A program made the translations under genes and the position numbers. Positions 20,228 through 30,115 of a stretch of DNA of 64,000 nucleotides are shown piece by piece (positions within the stretch are counted from its first letter, which is position 1; the number at the start of each line of letters is the position of its first letter). This DNA comes from Candidatus Hodarchaeota archaeon. GTDB lineage: Archaea; Asgardarchaeota; Lokiarchaeia; Sigyniarchaeales; SOKP01. The stretch is from contig JBHLKM010000017.1 of the NCBI GenBank assembly GCA_048886685.1, positions 36,407 to 100,406 on the forward strand, in the 5' to 3' direction. Under the pieces are notes generated by a model, which was not told the origin of the DNA, searched no databases, and saw only the letters and a program-made list of their open reading frames with translations.

Positions 20228-21196
20228 TTGATCAAGATGGAAGATTATGCAATTATTTATAACCCAGTAGCGGGGAAAGGGAAAAAAATTAAGAAAGATA
20301 TTGAGTATGCTAGTAAGTGTTTAAATGATTTAAACGTTTCATATAAACTAATTGAGAGTGAATATGCTGGAAACGCGATTGAGTTAGCTCTCCAATTGGC
20401 AAAAGATGGTTATAATGTTATTGGTGCGGGAGGAGATGGAACTTGTAATGAAGTTATGAATGGAATTGTAACTTCGAACACTGATGCATTATGTGGATTT
20501 ATTCCAATGGGAACGGGAAATGATATTCCTGCGGCCATCGGAATCCGTCCCGATATTAAGAGAGCGTGTGAAATAATTGCTGAAGGTCATAGCTCTAAAG
20601 CAGATATAGGACTTGCGACTACTGATGCTGGCATTCAGCGCTATTTTTTAGGTATAGGTAGTCAGGGGTTCGATTCAGAAGTGACTAGAAGAGCAAATGA
20701 AGCAAAAAGAAAAAATTATACTACTCAGACATTAAAGGCTTTATTGCCTTGGAAAAACAAAGAAATTAGAGCATTCATGGACAATGACACCTATGAGGGA
20801 ATAGCGAATTGTTTAGCATGTGCCAATGGTCCTAGTTATGGTGGTTTTATGTATATCTGTCAAAGAGCACGAGTAGATGATGGTCTTTTTCATATAAATA
20901 TCGTTAATATTGGTAAATTTAAACTCCTTAAACACTTTAATAGAATGTTTAAAGCTACACTCTTACCACACCCAAATATCTATGAATATACAAGTAAGAA
21001 ATTAAGAGTGGAAATGAAAAATCCTGAAGATAACCCATACCATTGCCAAGTTGATGGTGAAGTCTTAGGTCCTTTACCAGTAACATATGAAAATATAGAA
21101 AATGGTTTGGAATTTATTCGCCCAAAAGTGAATGAAGTAGCGGAAGCTTTTAAAGAAAAATATGGCAGATATTTCTGGGAATGTGAAGATGATTAA
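20228..21196 (+). CDS. Diacylglycerol/lipid kinase family protein (DagK/YegS)
   Basis: NPVAG, GGDGT.NEV, PMGTGND, GFDSEV, N...YGG, QVDGE. Confidence 0.92.
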   Translation: MIKMEDYAIIYNPVAGKGKKIKKDIEYASKCLNDLNVSYKLIESEYAGNAIELALQLAKDGYNVIGAGGDGTCNEVMNGIVTSNTDALCGFIPMGTGNDIPAAIGIRPDIKRACEIIAEGHSSKADIGLATTDAGIQRYFLGIGSQGFDSEVTRRANEAKRKNYTTQTLKALLPWKNKEIRAFMDNDTYEGIANCLACANGPSYGGFMYICQRARVDDGLFHINIVNIGKFKLLKHFNRMFKATLLPHPNIYEYTSKKLRVEMKNPEDNPYHCQVDGEVLGPLPVTYENIENGLEFIRPKVNEVAEAFKEKYGRYFWECEDD

Positions 21197-21431
21197 TTTC
21201 ATCACCCCTCTAAAGACATAAAATAGTATTGATTATATTAAAGAAGTTTGAAGAAGGTAAAGAGAAAGGACTTTTACCCCACTTTTTTTAAATCTAATCA
21301 TAGAGCCATTTTAAGGATAAGTAAACAAAATTTGTCCAAAATTGTGTAATTCTAAATATAGCTGAATGTTTAAATTCTTACTTATCCATATTATTATTAA
21401 ATCAATACTTTTTGAGATTCAAGTTTTTAAT

Positions 21432-22712
21432 ATGACGAGCACAAAAAATCAAGAGCTTAGCTCAAAATGCTGCTTTGGGTGTATAATTTTAATTATTGGG
21501 ATATCTCTTACTGTTGCCATCCCTACCTTTGCATCTATTAGTGTTTTTTTGATAGTTATAGGTGTGATTGTCATAGTTGTAGAAATTGGTTCAAAAACAA
21601 GGGATATCAGTAAAAGACCATATCCTATTGGTAGCAGAATGCAAAGAGGAGATAAATGCCCTTGGTGTGGAAAAATATTATATGTGAGCTTATCTGGTGA
21701 TAAACGCTGTTATAACTGTGGTTATGAATTCCTCCAGAAACTTAAACAGATGCCTACGCCCTCAGAGAAAAAAGTAGATGAATATAAAATACCCTCTGAT
21801 GAATCATCGTTCCCTCCTATTACAGAATTATTACAATATAAGAAAACTTCGAAGCTAACCTCAAATGATGTTGAATTAAAGACTGAAGAGATTAAAACAG
21901 TACCAGAGAAAAAAAGGGGAGAATCGTTTAAAACTTGTCCTCACTGTAGGCAAAAGTTGCCTTTAGGATCAAAATTTTGTGCTAGATGCGGTCAAAAAAT
22001 TGATGTTCTAAAACCGATTCCAACTACTTCAGCTTTCGATGAAGGGTTGCCTAAGGAAATTCCAACTCAAAAAGTACAGATGCCTCCACAAATATCGGGT
22101 ATAATAGAAATCGATGAGGAGAGTGATTTAAACTGGTTGAAATATCAATATTATGATTTGGGGAGAAGCTTGCAAAATATTGCAGATGAATTAGGTGTAA
22201 GTATGATAAGAATCAGAAATATGCTCAGTAAAATTGAAGTGGTCCCAGAAAAAAAAGAAGCAGAATTGAAGAAAGAAGTTCTTTTATCAAAAACTGAAGA
22301 AATACAACCAAGCCCATCATTTATAGAAAAAGAAGAACTAGCTATCGAAACCCCAGCCGAAGAAATACAAGCAATAACCCCAATTTCGAAGATCAAAGAA
22401 GATTTAACCTCTATTCAAGAAATTAAAACGACTCCATCAGCTTTGGAAAAAAAGGTAGAAAAGACATATATAACTTGTCCTCACTGCGGGCAGAAATTAG
22501 GGTTAGGAGCTAAATTTTGTGCCAGTTGTGGTCTAAATATTGATGTATTAGAACCCATTCCCCCAAAATTGGATATGGAAGAAATAACAGAAAAAAAAGT
22601 AGAAAAACCTAAAAAAGAACTCCATGTCTGTAAATTCTGTGGAATGAGAATTCCCAAGAATAATACTTTTTGTATACAATGCGGAATGGTAATTAAAACT
22701 AAAATCACATAG
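21432..22712 (+). CDS. Membrane-anchored multi-zinc-ribbon protein with central HTH-like segment
   Basis: Two N-terminal TMs, four CxxC-CxxC pairs, WLKYQYYDLGRSLQNIADELGVS HTH-like segment. ATG 21432 preferred to 21366. Confidence 0.75.
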   Translation: MTSTKNQELSSKCCFGCIILIIGISLTVAIPTFASISVFLIVIGVIVIVVEIGSKTRDISKRPYPIGSRMQRGDKCPWCGKILYVSLSGDKRCYNCGYEFLQKLKQMPTPSEKKVDEYKIPSDESSFPPITELLQYKKTSKLTSNDVELKTEEIKTVPEKKRGESFKTCPHCRQKLPLGSKFCARCGQKIDVLKPIPTTSAFDEGLPKEIPTQKVQMPPQISGIIEIDEESDLNWLKYQYYDLGRSLQNIADELGVSMIRIRNMLSKIEVVPEKKEAELKKEVLLSKTEEIQPSPSFIEKEELAIETPAEEIQAITPISKIKEDLTSIQEIKTTPSALEKKVEKTYITCPHCGQKLGLGAKFCASCGLNIDVLEPIPPKLDMEEITEKKVEKPKKELHVCKFCGMRIPKNNTFCIQCGMVIKTKIT

Positions 22713-22735
22713 GGTTTTTGTCTAATTTTTCCAAT

Positions 22736-23890
22736 TCAATCAATCATGTTCCTAGAAGGACTATATCGGATAAAAAATAATATCAATATTGCAATTGCCA
22801 TAATTGAGATACTAATTAAAAAAATCATAATTATTTCTATATAGAGTATATCTATATCCTCATTCCAACGATAGTTGCCTTCATATATATAACCAGATGA
22901 ATTTAAATAAATATTATAAATAAATTGTTCTACAGTTCTCCCAGTTATTTCTAAACTGTTATCTGAAATATATGTTATATTATCTTGGGTTGTATGATGG
23001 TAAGGCCAACCTGGATTATCCCAAAAGTTTATGATCAGATCCGCTGAGGGGATTCCAATGTTAACAAATGCCCTGTGATCATCTATAATCTGATTCCTCT
23101 CAGGATTAGAGGGAAATTGACTAGAATACCCTAATGCTCTACCAACAGCAAATAACTCATCTAATAATGAGGAAGTAGAATATTGTTCATTTATAAATCG
23201 TAAATTTATCCCTCCTACCATATCAAAAAGTATCATACAATCAAAAAGTTCAGTTCCTGGATCATAATAATTATTAATGTTATCAACAAATCTCGTAGAA
23301 CCTTCACACCAACTCCATCCATCTATTCCATAACCGCCATTATCTGCACCTTGATCCTCAGCATCAAAAAACAAAAACCATACTTGACAAGATAAATTTT
23401 CCTTAGATTGATATAATACTTTAGCTAATTCGATCAAAACAGCAGATCCACTCGCACCATCATTTGCGCCTGGTACAGGATCAGATCTATTTGGAACATT
23501 AGGATCTTTTGTAGCTTTTGCACGTGAATCATAATGTGCCCCTAATATGACAATATTACTATTATTTTGGTTTAATTTAAATAGAACATTCTGACATTCG
23601 GTTGAATGAATTGTAAAATTGTGTAAAAAATAGATTATATTTGGATCTATCTCTTTAAATTTAGTAACAAAGTAGCTAGCACAATTAATTCTTTCTGGTG
23701 TTCCAGGAATTCTAAATCCTATATCTAGCTGATCTTGTACGTACTCATAAGCATTATTACCATTAAATTTCAATTCAACATCAACATTTTGAATTTTTAA
23801 GGTGGGTAATGAAAGATATGGTAGATAATAAGATCCAATCCCTAACAAGATGAAAATTAATGGGATTAAAACCTTAAATTGCTGTCTAAT
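22736..23890 (-). CDS. M28 peptidase / glutaminyl-peptide cyclotransferase family, membrane-anchored
   Basis: GAHYDSR, GANDGASG, FDAED, DMVG, DDH, HHT; C-terminal TM. The N-terminal signal anchor needs extension upstream of 23848 (see findings). Confidence 0.88.
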   Translation of the reverse strand: MRQQFKVLIPLIFILLGIGSYYLPYLSLPTLKIQNVDVELKFNGNNAYEYVQDQLDIGFRIPGTPERINCASYFVTKFKEIDPNIIYFLHNFTIHSTECQNVLFKLNQNNSNIVILGAHYDSRAKATKDPNVPNRSDPVPGANDGASGSAVLIELAKVLYQSKENLSCQVWFLFFDAEDQGADNGGYGIDGWSWCEGSTRFVDNINNYYDPGTELFDCMILFDMVGGINLRFINEQYSTSSLLDELFAVGRALGYSSQFPSNPERNQIIDDHRAFVNIGIPSADLIINFWDNPGWPYHHTTQDNITYISDNSLEITGRTVEQFIYNIYLNSSGYIYEGNYRWNEDIDILYIEIIMIFLISISIMAIAILILFFIRYSPSRNMID

Positions 23891-23997
23891 AACGAATCAC
23901 CAAAATACGAGAAATCTTAAGAGTATTCTCATACTATATTTTTCTATATATAATATTTTTTTTAAGTTATTACTAATAAATAAAGGGGATCTATAAA

Positions 23998-26028
23998 GTG
24001 AGTAAAGAAGGTTCTGAATTGAATTTATCGGAATTAGCTTTTATGGATAATACTTTAGAATTAGAAAAAAGAGTGGAAGATTTATTAGAACGATTGACAT
24101 TACAAGAAAAATTTAATTTATGCTCTGGGAGAGATTGGTGGTATACAAATCCGATAGAAAGATTAGGAATTCGATCGTTTGCAATGCACGATGGACCTCA
24201 TGGTGTTCGAGTTGATAGGGAAGGAAAGGTTAATTGTACTTATTTTCCTTCAGCTATATGTAGAACTGCCACCTGGAATCTAGATTTATCTGAAAAATTT
24301 GGAGTTGCTATAGCACAAGAAATACGAGACGTTGGAGCTCACATGATACTTGCTCCAGGAATTAATATTCAAAGAACCCCTATGTGTGGCCGCACTTTTG
24401 AGTATCAAACAGAAGATCCATATTTAAATAAAAAAACTGCGGTTGCTGTCGTAAAGGGAGTTCAAAGTCAGAGAATTGCTGCTTGTATAAAACATTTCAT
24501 ATGTAATAATCAAGAAACAAACCGATTTGCTGTAAGTTCAGAAGTTAGTGAAAGAGCTTTACAGGAGATATACTACCCAGCCTTCAAGGCCGCAATACAA
24601 GAAGCGGATGCATGGTCAGTAATGAGTTGTTATAACAAACTTAATGGAATTTATAGTGCAGAAAATAAGCATCTTTTAAAAGAAGTTTTGATGAATGAAT
24701 GGAGATTTAGAGGATTTGTAGTTACTGACTGGACCGCCACGAGATGGGTAACTACCACAGAAAGTTGCGTAAATGCAGGATTAACACTTGAAATGCCAGC
24801 GGCGATTAAGTATAGTGTTTCAAATTTGTCCCGAGCTTACAAGGAAGGAAAATTTACCCTAGAAACATTTAATGAAAATGTAAAACGTTTGTTGCGTGTA
24901 ATGTTTCTTGTGGGGCTTTTTGATAAGGAAAATACTTTACCAAAAGGAAATCGAAACACCCTTGAACACCAAGCCTTAACTCGTGAAATCGCTGAAGAGG
25001 GGATAGTACTTTTAAAAAATACTGGAAACCTTCTTCCACTAGATCTGGGAAAAGTGAAAAAAATTGCAGTTATAGGGCCTACTGCAAATAAGAGAACGTA
25101 CATAGGCGGAGGTAGCTCTGCGAATTTTCCACCATACGAGGTTAAACCAATTCGAGGGATAAAAGAAAAGTGTAAAGAACAAGCGGAGATAATTACCTCG
25201 CCCTCAGAAGCAGATATAACACTATTATTTGTAGGATTACAACATAAAGAGGGAGAAGATGCTGAGCATTGGGACAAAAAATCTTTTGGTCTACCTTCGA
25301 ATCAAATTGATCTTATAAAAAAAACAGTTAAAGAAAATCCAAACACTATAGTAATTAATACTAGTGGTAGTCCAGTATCCATGGTTGAATGGATTCATAA
25401 GGTTCCCGCAGTTTTACAGGCGTGGTATAGCGGAATGGAAGGGGGAAATGCCATTACTGCCATAATTTTTGGAGATGTGAATCCCTCGGGTAAACTTCCT
25501 ATAACATTTCCTAAAAAACTTTCAGATTCACCTGCACATGCTTCAGAGCGTACTTATCCCGGCGACGAGAAGGTCTTTTATGAGGAGGGTATCTTTATAG
25601 GATATCGCCATTTTGATATAAAGAACATTGAACCACTCTTTCCGTTCGGTCATGGATTATCTTACACCAATTTCACGTATAAAAACCTTGAAACAAGCCA
25701 CGACAAGGTGTCAGGCGAGGAGAAATTTTATATAACACTAGATGTTGCGAATACAGGTGAACATTTTGGAGCAGAAGTTGTTCAATTATATATCCAAGAT
25801 GTTGAATGTAGTGTAGAAAGACCACTCAAAGAACTAAAAGGATTTAAAAAGATTAAATTAAAACCAAATGAGAAGAAATCTGTTAAATTTGAATTAACTA
25901 AAGAAGATCTCTCCTTTTTTGATGAAAAAAGTAATGACTGGAAAGTTGAGAAAGGGAAATTCAATATTCTTATAGGAAGTTCATCAAGAGATATTAGGTT
26001 AAAAGGGGAGATTGAATATCTAGGTTAG
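23998..26028 (+). CDS. GH3 beta-glucosidase
   Basis: DGPHGVR, R.FEY..EDP, CIKHF, MSCYN, VVTDW, FPFGHGLSYT, Fn3-like C-terminus. Confidence 0.93.
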   Translation: MSKEGSELNLSELAFMDNTLELEKRVEDLLERLTLQEKFNLCSGRDWWYTNPIERLGIRSFAMHDGPHGVRVDREGKVNCTYFPSAICRTATWNLDLSEKFGVAIAQEIRDVGAHMILAPGINIQRTPMCGRTFEYQTEDPYLNKKTAVAVVKGVQSQRIAACIKHFICNNQETNRFAVSSEVSERALQEIYYPAFKAAIQEADAWSVMSCYNKLNGIYSAENKHLLKEVLMNEWRFRGFVVTDWTATRWVTTTESCVNAGLTLEMPAAIKYSVSNLSRAYKEGKFTLETFNENVKRLLRVMFLVGLFDKENTLPKGNRNTLEHQALTREIAEEGIVLLKNTGNLLPLDLGKVKKIAVIGPTANKRTYIGGGSSANFPPYEVKPIRGIKEKCKEQAEIITSPSEADITLLFVGLQHKEGEDAEHWDKKSFGLPSNQIDLIKKTVKENPNTIVINTSGSPVSMVEWIHKVPAVLQAWYSGMEGGNAITAIIFGDVNPSGKLPITFPKKLSDSPAHASERTYPGDEKVFYEEGIFIGYRHFDIKNIEPLFPFGHGLSYTNFTYKNLETSHDKVSGEEKFYITLDVANTGEHFGAEVVQLYIQDVECSVERPLKELKGFKKIKLKPNEKKSVKFELTKEDLSFFDEKSNDWKVEKGKFNILIGSSSRDIRLKGEIEYLG

Positions 26029-26088
26029 AATCCGTTATAAAATGGAGTAAGAACAAAAAATATATAAAAGAAAAAAGAGGATGATTTT

Positions 26089-27222
26089 TTGCCCTTAAAA
26101 ATGCATGAAAATGAAACAATGACTCCCAGAGAAAGGGTAGAAACAGCACTAGCGATTAAAGAGCCTGATCGTGTTCCTTTTACCCCAGCATTTCATTGTG
26201 CTCAGGCGAGATTAACAGGCATGACAATTGAGGAGTTTTTTTTTGATATACCAAAATCTTTTGAGGCTACAAAAAAAGTATGGGAAATGTTTGGTGGTTT
26301 TGATATTTATTCAGGCTGTTCTCCTATACTTGGCTATTATGCACCAATACCTAATTCCCACAGTCAATTTTATTTCGATTGGACACTTCCAAAAGGAAAT
26401 ATTCCAGAACAAATGCATGAAAGGGAATTAATGAAACGGGAAGATTATGATCTCGTAATTAATCAGGGATTTGGTCCATTTAAGAGGAGACCTGAGCTTC
26501 AAAATGATTTCGGTAGAATTATAACAGAATTTTCTAAATTGGATATCGCAGTTTGGCTTAAAGAAATGGATGTCATGAATCTTTCGGATGCATTTATCGA
26601 GCCCCCCGTTGATATGATATCGTTTTTAAGAAGTTTTAATAAATTCTTAATTGATGTAGTTGAAATTCCTGAAAAGGTTGTAGAGGCTTGTGAAACCACT
26701 GAGGAGGAACTGTTAAATTCATTAGATGTCCAGTTTCAGGCTTTTAAACGTAAAGATCTTACACAAATGTGTTTATTCGGTTTTTCTAGAATTGCTACAA
26801 ATTTCATATCTCCTAAAAAATTTGAATTATTCTGGCCTCATATTAAAAGAATTACTGAATATATTCTTAAGAATGATTTTATTGTACAATATCACATAGA
26901 TAATGATTATACAGATGTATTGGAATATTTTACAGAATTTCCCAAAGGTAAAATTATGTTTCATTTGGATCTAACAGATATATTCAAAGCTAAAGAAATT
27001 TTAGGTGATAGAGCATGCCTTATGGGAAATGTTCCTCCACAAATAACTGGTAAAGGCACTCCTAAAGAAGTTGAAGATTATTGTAAGAAACAAATAGAGG
27101 AATGTATGGAAGGAGGGGGGTATATGTTGGGTTCTTCGTGTGTATTACCAGATGAAATCCCAGCAGTAAATCTAAAAGCTATGAAAGACTGTGTAATGAA
27201 ATACGGTTTCTATAGAAGATAA
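26089..27222 (+). CDS. Uroporphyrinogen decarboxylase / MtaA-CmuA methyltransferase family protein
   Basis: MTPRERV...EPDRVP, QYHID, CLMGNV, GGGYMLGSSC; adjacent to a corrinoid protein. Confidence 0.85.
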   Translation: MPLKMHENETMTPRERVETALAIKEPDRVPFTPAFHCAQARLTGMTIEEFFFDIPKSFEATKKVWEMFGGFDIYSGCSPILGYYAPIPNSHSQFYFDWTLPKGNIPEQMHERELMKREDYDLVINQGFGPFKRRPELQNDFGRIITEFSKLDIAVWLKEMDVMNLSDAFIEPPVDMISFLRSFNKFLIDVVEIPEKVVEACETTEEELLNSLDVQFQAFKRKDLTQMCLFGFSRIATNFISPKKFELFWPHIKRITEYILKNDFIVQYHIDNDYTDVLEYFTEFPKGKIMFHLDLTDIFKAKEILGDRACLMGNVPPQITGKGTPKEVEDYCKKQIEECMEGGGYMLGSSCVLPDEIPAVNLKAMKDCVMKYGFYRR

Positions 27223-27247
27223 AGTATTTGAACTAATAGTAAGGTGT

Positions 27248-27883
27248 TTGGTGATGAACAAAGAATTAGTAAATGCAATGGTAGATTTAGACAGAAATAA
27301 AGTATTAGAAATTGTGAAAGAAGAAATAAATTCAGGAACTGATCCATTAAGAATAATAGATTGGCTCTCTGAAGGGGTTAAAATTGTAGGTGAATATTTT
27401 GAGAAAAAAGAATATTTCTTAGCAGAATTAATTACTAGTGGTGATATTTTTGAAAATGCTTTTCTAGAATTAAAACCTATTTTAGAAAAGAGTGATCTTG
27501 TCCCTCAAAGTAAAGGAAAAATTGTAATTGGAACAGTTCAAGGAGATGTTCATGACATTGGTAAGAATATTGTAAAAACTATATTAATAGCATCAGGATT
27601 TTCCGTCGAAGATTTAGGAGTCGATGTACAACCACAAAAATTTATAGAAGCTGTTAAACAACCAGAAATTAAAATTTTGGGGTTATCAGCTCTTCTTACT
27701 ATAGCAATTGATTCTGTAAAAGATATTATTACATTACTTGAAAGAGAGAACTTAAGAAATAAAGTAAGAATCATTATCGGGGGAAGTGCCTTTACAGAAA
27801 AAATTGCTAATAAATTAGGTGTAGATGCCTTCGGTAAAGATCCACAAGAAGCTGTTAAGATATGCAAAAAATTCTTAGGATAA
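27248..27883 (+). CDS. Corrinoid (B12-binding) methyltransferase protein, MtaC/MtbC-like
   Basis: Cap domain (VGEYFE..EYFL.EL) plus GTVQGDVHDIGKN, DLGVD, GLSALLT, IIGG. Confidence 0.92.
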   Translation: MVMNKELVNAMVDLDRNKVLEIVKEEINSGTDPLRIIDWLSEGVKIVGEYFEKKEYFLAELITSGDIFENAFLELKPILEKSDLVPQSKGKIVIGTVQGDVHDIGKNIVKTILIASGFSVEDLGVDVQPQKFIEAVKQPEIKILGLSALLTIAIDSVKDIITLLERENLRNKVRIIIGGSAFTEKIANKLGVDAFGKDPQEAVKICKKFLG

Positions 27884-28002
27884 ATCCTTTATTTTAAGTG
27901 TTCTTCTTATCCAAATATTATATATTTCTTATTTCATTAAATATTCCAAGGAAAGGTTGGATATATAGGTCAAGAGTTCGATGTAAAATTCACTCCCAGT
28001 TA

Positions 28003-30099
28003 TTAATTTGAATTAAGAGAATGAGCGCACCAAATATAATGATCTTCTTCAATTTTTATTTTTTGAGGTAACTTTAATTCACATTCCTTTGTTCGAGCTT
28101 CAGAGGAGCATCGAGGATTGAATGGACATCCAGATGGAGGATTTATTGGGCTTGGAACTTCACCTCGGATTACAAAACTAATATTTTGGTTATGGGGATC
28201 AATTTCAGATCTTGAGGCAAGAAGAGCTTTAGTATAAGGATGAGAAGGATTCATGAAAATTTGATCTGTATTACCCTCTTCAACAATTCTACCAAGATAC
28301 ATAACTTCAATCCGATCGGCAATGTGGTTTACAACTGCTAAATTATGAGTTATAAATAAATAACCATATCCATAAACACTCTGTAAGTCTTTTAGTAAAT
28401 TAAGAATTTGAGCTTGAACTGAAACATCAAGGGCAGAAGTAGGTTCATCTAAAATAATCAGTTCTGGATTACATGCTAATGCTCTAGCTATAATTATCCT
28501 TTGCTTTTGACCTCCAGAAAACTCATGAGGGTATCGATCCAAGTGTTCTCGTTTTAATGATACTTCTTCCATCAATCTCAAGACATAACTTCTTATTTCT
28601 GTTTTCTTGGTAATACCCAACAAATTTCTTAAAGGTTCTGCTATAATATCAACCACCTTCATGCGTGGATTTAAGGAAGCATCAGGATCTTGAAACACTA
28701 TTTGTATTTTTTGTCTTAGATAAGATGAATAAATCCCAGGAATGGGTTTGTCATGGAAATAAATCATACCTTCTTTATTAACTAATCCCAAAATTGCTTT
28801 AGCTACAGTGGTTTTTCCACATCCGCTTTCCCCAACTAATCCCAGTGTTTCCCCTGTTTTTATGCTTAAAGCTATCCCGTCAACAGCTTTAACTGCTCCA
28901 ATTTGTCTTTTAAGAACACCTCCGATAAGAGGATAATATACTTTAAGATCCTCAATATTTAATAAATCCTTTCCCTTTTCAAGAATGACTAAATCTCTTA
29001 TTGTTTGATACGCAATAGTTATATAAGATATTTTCTTAATAATATAGCCAGTTCCAATAGAAATGAAAGAGCCAATAAGGAGATTAGGGAAAAAATTATT
29101 AATAAACAAATCAAGTTGAGAGAAGAAAGTATTAATAATGTAAATTGCACCAGGTAACATGGCGATCAGAGAAATAAGGCTTTCGTGCCCGACTAATTGT
29201 ATTTTGTCTCCCCAATAACTAAAAAATATGCTTACACCCAGAATAGTAATAAAAGAAATATAAAATGTTAATACTGAACCTCCCAAATCCTCTATGTTTT
29301 CAAGAAGAAGGAAGAAAACTAAAATCGTACTGAATATTAATAAAACACCTATCAAAACTGATTGGATTTTGCCTAATAACTCTAAGGATTCCTTAAATTC
29401 CTTAAATAACACAGTTTTACATATTACTGCACCTACGGTTGTGTTGATCAACCCAATGAGAAAAAAATTTAAAAAAAGATTATCTAACGAGAGAGAAAAT
29501 AATAAAATTGTTAGTGGTACATCAACTATTAACCATAATAAATTTAAAACAATAATAATAACAAAAAGGTTATTCCATTTTTTTTTTCTTAAGCTAGATA
29601 TCATTAACCAAATACTCAGAATTAATCCGAAGATTGGGAAGATAAAAAATATAAATATCACCCTCACAGATGATTCCATAAATTCTAGCAAAAAAAGCTC
29701 TAAGTGAGAGCCGATCCCAAATAAAAAGCTTAAATTAATTGCAATAACTAAGATGAAAGCTTGATTAGCAATCATAAATTCTACGGATTCTTCAACATTC
29801 TTGCCATTTTTTGTTGTTAGAATAACAGAACCTACAACTATATTTATACCTAATGTAATAAGATTTAATAGAAAAGTAATCCCATATAGATAAAAGAAAT
29901 ATACCCCTAGAAATGCTTCTATTAAGAACCATATTAAGTTGATATAAACGATTTGCTTAAAATTCATCTGCCAATTTTTATTTTTGGCATACCAATCCAT
30001 AAAAAATATCCCAAATAGAAATAAAATGAAAAAAATGCATATTTCCATTAATAAGAAGATATTGAATCTTAAACTCCACAAATTTTCTGGAAAAAACAT
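28003..30099 (-). CDS. OppF/DppF-like ABC ATPase fused to an N-terminal polytopic membrane domain
   Basis: C-terminal half: KAVDGI, GESGCGKTT, FSGGQKQR, LDEPTSALD, HPYT, GCPFNPRC. About 365 N-terminal residues are strongly hydrophobic. Confidence 0.88.
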   Translation of the reverse strand: MFFPENLWSLRFNIFLLMEICIFFILFLFGIFFMDWYAKNKNWQMNFKQIVYINLIWFLIEAFLGVYFFYLYGITFLLNLITLGINIVVGSVILTTKNGKNVEESVEFMIANQAFILVIAINLSFLFGIGSHLELFLLEFMESSVRVIFIFFIFPIFGLILSIWLMISSLRKKKWNNLFVIIIVLNLLWLIVDVPLTILLFSLSLDNLFLNFFLIGLINTTVGAVICKTVLFKEFKESLELLGKIQSVLIGVLLIFSTILVFFLLLENIEDLGGSVLTFYISFITILGVSIFFSYWGDKIQLVGHESLISLIAMLPGAIYIINTFFSQLDLFINNFFPNLLIGSFISIGTGYIIKKISYITIAYQTIRDLVILEKGKDLLNIEDLKVYYPLIGGVLKRQIGAVKAVDGIALSIKTGETLGLVGESGCGKTTVAKAILGLVNKEGMIYFHDKPIPGIYSSYLRQKIQIVFQDPDASLNPRMKVVDIIAEPLRNLLGITKKTEIRSYVLRLMEEVSLKREHLDRYPHEFSGGQKQRIIIARALACNPELIILDEPTSALDVSVQAQILNLLKDLQSVYGYGYLFITHNLAVVNHIADRIEVMYLGRIVEEGNTDQIFMNPSHPYTKALLASRSEIDPHNQNISFVIRGEVPSPINPPSGCPFNPRCSSEARTKECELKLPQKIKIEEDHYIWCAHSLNSN

Positions 30100-30115
30100 A
30101 TTAATCTCCTCTAGT

